From the NCBI GenBank assembly GCA_965198065.1, contig CBDAON010000004.1:1600001-1664000 (forward strand): a stretch of DNA of 64,000 bases, in the 5' to 3' direction. This DNA comes from Longimicrobiales bacterium. GTDB taxonomy: Bacteria; Gemmatimonadota; Gemmatimonadetes; Longimicrobiales; Gaopeijiaceae. The notes below the pieces were generated by a model, which was given only the letters and a program-made list of their open reading frames with translations, ran no database searches and was not told the DNA's origin. Below are positions 59,399 through 64,000 of this stretch, one piece after another (position 1 is the stretch's first letter; each line of letters opens with the position of its first letter). The position numbers and the translations under genes were made by a program.

Positions 59399-62300
59399 GG
59401 ATCTCTTCCACGGGGTGGAAGGTCACCTTTCGGAGATAGCTGATGGCCGGCTGCGTGTTGATCAGGACGTCGAGCACCCGATAGGTCCGCTCGTTCGCGG
59501 TCACCTGCGCCACCTGGGAGCCGGGATCCCGGATGTTCCCGAAGACGATGGCCTCGGCAGGGCAGCTCTGCTGGCACGCCGGAACGACATCTCCGTCCGC
59601 GACCCCCCTCCCCTCGAGAGCGGCCCTGTGCTCGGCCTGCCGGATCCTCTGCACGCAGAAGGTGCACTTCTCCATGACGCCTTCACCCCGTACGGTGACG
59701 TCGGGGTTGTAGGCCCAGTTCATGGGCTCGGGGATGTCCGAGAACTCGAACCAGTTGAAGACCCGCACCTTGTAGGGGCAGTTGTTCGCGCAGTACCGGG
59801 TGCCCACGCAGCGGTTGTAGACCTGAGCGTTCAGGCCGTCGGGGGTGTGGTACGCGGCGTAGACCGGGCAGACCGGCTCGCACGGGGCGTTCCCACAGTG
59901 CTGGCAGAGCATCGGGAGGAAGCGGACGTCTAGCGGTCCCGGCTCGTCCGCGTTGATCTCCCCGTAGTACCGCTCGAGCCGGATCCACTGAAGGTCTCGG
60001 CCCATCGTCATCATGTTCTCGCCGACCCAGGCCACGTTGTTCTCGGACTGGCACGCCGTCACGCACGCGGAGCAGCCCGTGCACTTGTCCAGATCGATGG
60101 CCATGGCCCAGCGGGGGAACGCCTCGGGGTCGTACTCGCCGTGGCGCGCGCCCTCCAGGGGGAACTCCCCCGCCGCCCCATCCGTCTCGGTCGGGACGAA
60201 CCCGCCGACCGCCTGAAGCTCGTGGAACTCCCTGGGCTCGGGAGCCTCAAACTCCCCGGACTGGAGGACCGCGAGTTCCACGGCCGGCGCGATCGGCCGG
60301 TCGCGGTGGTCTTCACTTCCCGCGACTGTGGCAAGGCGCCGCCACTCCCCGGTCGGCTCGATCGTAACCCGAGTGGCCAGATGGACTAGGGTGCCCGAGG
60401 GCTGCTCGATCTCGCCGGGAAGGAGGACCATCGGGTTCGCGCCTCTCGCATCCGCGAAGCGACCGAATCCGGCGTGTCCTCCGCCCATCGCCAGGGCGGC
60501 GGTGTTACGGCGGATGCCCGCGTAGGGATAGACGGGGGCCTCGACATCTCCGTGCGGCGAGACCACCCGCACGATGTCGCCCCGCTGCACGCCCAGCTCC
60601 GCGGCCGTCTCGGGGTGGACTTCCACCCAGGAGTGCCAGGAGATCTTGGACACCGGGTCCGGCAGCTCCTGGAGCCACGGGCGGTTCGCTGCCTGGCCGT
60701 CGCCCAGCCGGGGGGACGGATAGACGATGAGCGCGAGGCCGTCGCCATCCAGGGCGGGAGGCTCGAAGACGAGCGCGCGGTCGGGGGCCTGAAGTGCGGG
60801 TACCTCCGCGGGCGGCACGGGAAGCTCCGCGATCCCGGTCCGCAGCGCCTCCCGCCAGAACGCGTCGAACGTACCGCCGGGGCTCCCCGCGGCGGCGTGC
60901 ATCTCACCCCAGCGGGCCCGCAGGTAGTCGTAGAAGGTCTCGGCTCCCAGATCCTGCCCAGTGCCGCGCGCCGCGGCGAGAAGGATGTCCCCGGCCGGCC
61001 GCGAGTCGAAGTGCGGGACGGGGCGCATGGCGGGCTGCTGCACTGTGGAGACCCCGGGTCGCGGGTTCGCGTCGCCCCAGCCCTCCAGCCAGTGTCGCTC
61101 CGGCAGCACGAAGTCCGCGAGCCTCGCCGTCTCGTCCAGCCGGTCGCTGATCGCGACGGTCGTCGAGACCCCCCCCATCGCCTCCACGAACCCCGAGCCG
61201 GGCGGGAGGCTGTAGGCGGGGTTCACGCCGTGGATCACCAGCAGGCTCGCCCCACCCCCGAGCGAGGCGACGGCGGGGACGACCCCACCCGTCGGCTGGG
61301 AAGCTGCGCTCAGGTGTCCGCGGCCGGGGTGTACGGTGGCGCCCACGGCCCCGCCGACGGCGTTCAACAGGAGGACCGCGAGGCTGGCCGCCGTGGCGTT
61401 ACGACCCTGGCCCGCGATCCCGGGGCCGACGGCGAGCCCCGGGCCCTCGTCGCGGAATCGCAGAGCCAACTCATTGAGCGTCTCGACGGAGAGGCCCACC
61501 TGTCCCGCCACCGAGGCCGGGTCATAGGCCTGGAGGACCGCCGCGTATGGGCCGGCGTCCGCACCCTCCCGGGCGAGGATGTTTGCCATCGCGAGCGCAA
61601 CCAGCGCCTCGGAACCCGCGTCCACCGGGATCCACTCGTCGGCATTCTGTCCCGTCAGGGACAGCCGCGGCCCGATCACTACGAGCCGCCCCTTTTCGCG
61701 CGCTTCGCTCGCGCCGCTCATCCGCGCGAAGCCCCGCGCGTGCTCGACGGGAGATAGCCAGGTCTCGAGGAAGTCGGCGCCGAACGAGTAGACGGTCTTG
61801 GCCGCCTCGAAGTCGTAGGTCGGGATCTGATCGGTCCCGAAGGCCATGCGGCAGGCTTCGCGGAGCGGCGCGTGCGAGAGCGGCTCGTATTCGACTCGCG
61901 TGCCCCCGAAGGCAGCCGCCCACTCGGTTTCCAGACCGGTGAGGGTCGGACCCTGCCGTCCGCTAAGGAGGAGCACGTTGCCGCCGGCCGCACCGAGCAA
62001 ACCAGCGAACGTCGTCTCGGCCTCCTCCCAGGTCATGGGTTCGAAGCTGCCGTCAGCGTTCCTGCGGACGGGGGTGGCGAGGCGGTCCGGATCGTAGAGA
62101 CCCTGGAGCGCCGAGTGCCCGCGCGAGCACAGCGCGCCGCCCGAGACGGGGTGTGTAGGGTTCCCCTCGAGCTTGATCGCGCGCCCCTCGCGGGTCTTTA
62201 CCCAGGCCCCACAGCCGGCCGGGCATTCGCCGCAGGCCGTCGCGTACCAGGTCGCCACCCCGGGCGTGACGTCCTCGGGCGGCACCACGTAAGGGATCAG

Positions 62301-62399
62301 CTGTTCCACCCGGTCGGTGGAGCACCCCACCAGCCCGGCGCCCGCTCCGGTCACGCCGAGGACCTTCAGGAAGTCCCGTCGCCTGATCCCGTCGCTCAT
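59391..62399 (-). CDS. actB: Alternative complex III subunit B (molybdopterin-oxidoreductase-like domain plus Fe-S domain)
   Basis: Tat signal RRDFLK, WLQELPDP, C-terminal CTGCSAC, CQHC...CEPVCP, CVGTRYCANNCP, KCTFC...CQQSCP. Confidence 0.95.
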   Translation of the reverse strand: MSDGIRRRDFLKVLGVTGAGAGLVGCSTDRVEQLIPYVVPPEDVTPGVATWYATACGECPAGCGAWVKTREGRAIKLEGNPTHPVSGGALCSRGHSALQGLYDPDRLATPVRRNADGSFEPMTWEEAETTFAGLLGAAGGNVLLLSGRQGPTLTGLETEWAAAFGGTRVEYEPLSHAPLREACRMAFGTDQIPTYDFEAAKTVYSFGADFLETWLSPVEHARGFARMSGASEAREKGRLVVIGPRLSLTGQNADEWIPVDAGSEALVALAMANILAREGADAGPYAAVLQAYDPASVAGQVGLSVETLNELALRFRDEGPGLAVGPGIAGQGRNATAASLAVLLLNAVGGAVGATVHPGRGHLSAASQPTGGVVPAVASLGGGASLLVIHGVNPAYSLPPGSGFVEAMGGVSTTVAISDRLDETARLADFVLPERHWLEGWGDANPRPGVSTVQQPAMRPVPHFDSRPAGDILLAAARGTGQDLGAETFYDYLRARWGEMHAAAGSPGGTFDAFWREALRTGIAELPVPPAEVPALQAPDRALVFEPPALDGDGLALIVYPSPRLGDGQAANRPWLQELPDPVSKISWHSWVEVHPETAAELGVQRGDIVRVVSPHGDVEAPVYPYAGIRRNTAALAMGGGHAGFGRFADARGANPMVLLPGEIEQPSGTLVHLATRVTIEPTGEWRRLATVAGSEDHRDRPIAPAVELAVLQSGEFEAPEPREFHELQAVGGFVPTETDGAAGEFPLEGARHGEYDPEAFPRWAMAIDLDKCTGCSACVTACQSENNVAWVGENMMTMGRDLQWIRLERYYGEINADEPGPLDVRFLPMLCQHCGNAPCEPVCPVYAAYHTPDGLNAQVYNRCVGTRYCANNCPYKVRVFNWFEFSDIPEPMNWAYNPDVTVRGEGVMEKCTFCVQRIRQAEHRAALEGRGVADGDVVPACQQSCPAEAIVFGNIRDPGSQVAQVTANERTYRVLDVLINTQPAISYLRKVTFHPVEEIHV

Positions 62400-62400
62400 A

Positions 62401-62946
62401 TCAGTAATGACAGACCGTGCAGTCTCTCGAGGCCTCCTGCTCCAGGTGGCACCCCACGCACCAGCCCATCGTGAGCGGCTGGTTCACCTCCTGGATTACT
62501 CCGATCTCCGCCACGTTCCCGTGGCACGTCGCGCAGTCGACTCCCGCGGAGATGTGCCTCATGTGCGGAAACTGAACGTGGTCCGGAACCCAATAGATCC
62601 GGTTCCAGGGAATCGGCTCCTGACGCGTCGAGTAGCCCCTCAGGATCTCGATCTGATCCGGGCTCTGCGTGCCCGACACGAACGCGTGGCAACCCATGCA
62701 GGTAGCCACGGGAGGGATCCCGGCATTCTGCGAACGCTCCGCCGAGAAGTGGCAGTACATGCAATCGATCTGGAGATCGCCCGCGTGACGGCTGTGCGGA
62801 AACGCGATCGGCTGGCCCGAAAACAAGATCGGTCCTGTAGTCGCGCTCTCGGCAGGGGGGGTCTGAGGTTCCTGAGTCCGCGCGAAGGCGAGGGACGACG
62901 CGAGCGCAATCCCCGCGACCATCGCAGCGAACCAGTGCATCTTCAT
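62401..62946 (-). CDS. actA: Alternative complex III subunit A (pentaheme cytochrome c)
   Basis: QPIAFPH and five CxxCH (CMYCH, CMGCH, CATCH, CVGCH, CTVCH), MGWC. Start ATG 62946 or 62940. Confidence 0.93.
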   Translation of the reverse strand: MKMHWFAAMVAGIALASSLAFARTQEPQTPPAESATTGPILFSGQPIAFPHSRHAGDLQIDCMYCHFSAERSQNAGIPPVATCMGCHAFVSGTQSPDQIEILRGYSTRQEPIPWNRIYWVPDHVQFPHMRHISAGVDCATCHGNVAEIGVIQEVNQPLTMGWCVGCHLEQEASRDCTVCHY

Positions 62947-63009
62947 CGCGACTCGAGCGTGACCGGGAAGGGAGGGATCTGGGGCTCGCCGCACCAAAAC
63001 AGCGGCCGG

Positions 63010-63038
63010 AAGTTAGAGGGCCCTCAACGGGGCGTCAA
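63010..63038 (-). promoter_or_regulatory. Candidate sigma70 promoter for actABCDEF
   Basis: Minus strand TTGACG (63038-63033), 17-nt spacer, TAACTT (63015-63010). The spacer contains the palindrome GAGGGCCCTC (63016-63025). Confidence 0.55.
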
Positions 63039-63143
63039 CGTGAGCTCGCGGGCGCTCCGACGTTCGCGATCCGAGCTGCCAGACCGCCTGTCCAGGACAG
63101 TGCTCCGGTTGCCCGGTGACCGCCGGGGAGGGCAGATTCCGAC

Positions 63144-63443
63144 ATGCTTGACGAGCCGATCTCATCCCTCGGGGGTGCTCGACCCTCCCCCAGCCGGCAC
63201 CTGGCCACGATCAGTCACGACGGGCGGTTCTGGGACGTGTACCTCGAGTTCGAGGACGACCCCGGCCGACCGGACGCGGGCCGCGCGTTTCTCTTGTACT
63301 CTCCGGCGGATCAAGCGGACGGCGAGACACCGCTCCGCACGACTGCCGTGATCGTCGAGCCGTCGTACGAAGAGGCGGTCCGGAAGGCTCGGGAGATGGA
63401 GGACCATCAGTTGGTAGCCTTCCTCCGGTCCCTTCTCCCCTGA
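63144..63443 (+). CDS. Hypothetical protein (99 aa)
   Basis: ATG-started ORF with globular, non-shadow composition (HLATISHDGRFWDVYLEF...). Confidence 0.65.
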   Translation: MLDEPISSLGGARPSPSRHLATISHDGRFWDVYLEFEDDPGRPDAGRAFLLYSPADQADGETPLRTTAVIVEPSYEEAVRKAREMEDHQLVAFLRSLLP

Positions 63444-63576
63444 CCTTCCTCCCCGACCGTCTCGCCCCCGGGAGGGATCTCCCGACCGGATTCGGGGGTT
63501 TCATGTGTTCGCACCTATTTTTGCCGTCACTCGCCCTGTTCCACCTCCTGCGACAACAAGCCGAAGAGGAGCCCGG

Positions 63577-63768
63577 ATGGCCATCTTTCGGACCCGCTAC
63601 TACAGCGACGTAACGGTCGGTGTCGGTGGAAGGATCACCATCCCGCAGGACATGAGGGACGACCTCGGGATCGAGGAAGGAGACATCCTGACCGTACGGG
63701 TGGAGGAGAACTCGCTGGGGACCCGACAAATGGTGATGTGGCGCTCCGAGCAGCAGCCCGAGGACTGA
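63577..63768 (+). CDS. AbrB/MazE/SpoVT family DNA-binding protein
   Basis: GRITIPQDMRDDLGIEEGD swapped-hairpin motif. GAGGAG RBS before ATG 63577. Confidence 0.88.
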   Translation: MAIFRTRYYSDVTVGVGGRITIPQDMRDDLGIEEGDILTVRVEENSLGTRQMVMWRSEQQPED

Positions 63769-64000
63769 CCCCCGCCACGACCTACGATTCGATCCCGGTC
63801 CAGCGAACGAGGGAAAGGAGCGGGCCCGTTCCGTCGTGGCGCCACCACGGCGGGGGCCAGGGCTGGTCTACGAAAGTTGTGATCCTCGTAACTCCCGATG
63901 CGACAAGACTTTCTGCTATCCGGTCTACAGTTCTTTCTCCTCCTGCGACGGCGAAGGTCTGAAGCAGGGGCTGGAAGGCCGGGAGGATGTGTTCGAGCCG

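Noticed and set aside
63780..64000. AT-richer tail as a possible RNA gene or regulator site
   Set aside because: No tRNA fold, complete palindrome or credible ORF, and the context is cut by the window edge.

Overview
High-GC bacterial chromosomal window. Gene content and protein style suggest Gemmatimonadota, which is an inference. Left to right: (1) a roughly 16 kb minus-strand respiratory cluster. It has a six-gene block (ferredoxin, Mrp/ApbC, Cys4+PCP_red protein, membrane protein, ABC-2 exporter), then a strong sigma70-type promoter, a tandem-USP/PCP_red protein, an AhbD/NirJ-like radical SAM-PCP_red fusion, a cytochrome bd-like (CydA-fold, no Q-loop) oxidase subunit, three c-type cytochromes, a cupredoxin-like lipoprotein and A1-type cytochrome c oxidase subunits II/I/III. 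(2) mutY, disrupted by an exact 28-bp duplication flanking a 33-bp lower-GC insert. This matches the geometry of a type I-E CRISPR spacer integration, at a site that resembles a type I-E repeat. (3) Housekeeping genes (VWA/AAA pair, Slt, site-2 protease, lon, EVE, sigma70 factor, ssb with an internal amber stop, polA, exbB-like, peptide ABC transporter, lipoyl ligase, gcvP/gcvH, tatA, MFS, trmJ-like, frameshifted GGDEF, hisN-like) and a small KAS/SRPBCC/FAD/methyltransferase cluster. (4) An alternative complex III operon actABCDEF. I recognised no rRNA, tRNA, transposase, phage or cas genes. All calls come from reading motifs by eye. No searches were run, and several lesions could be assembly errors.
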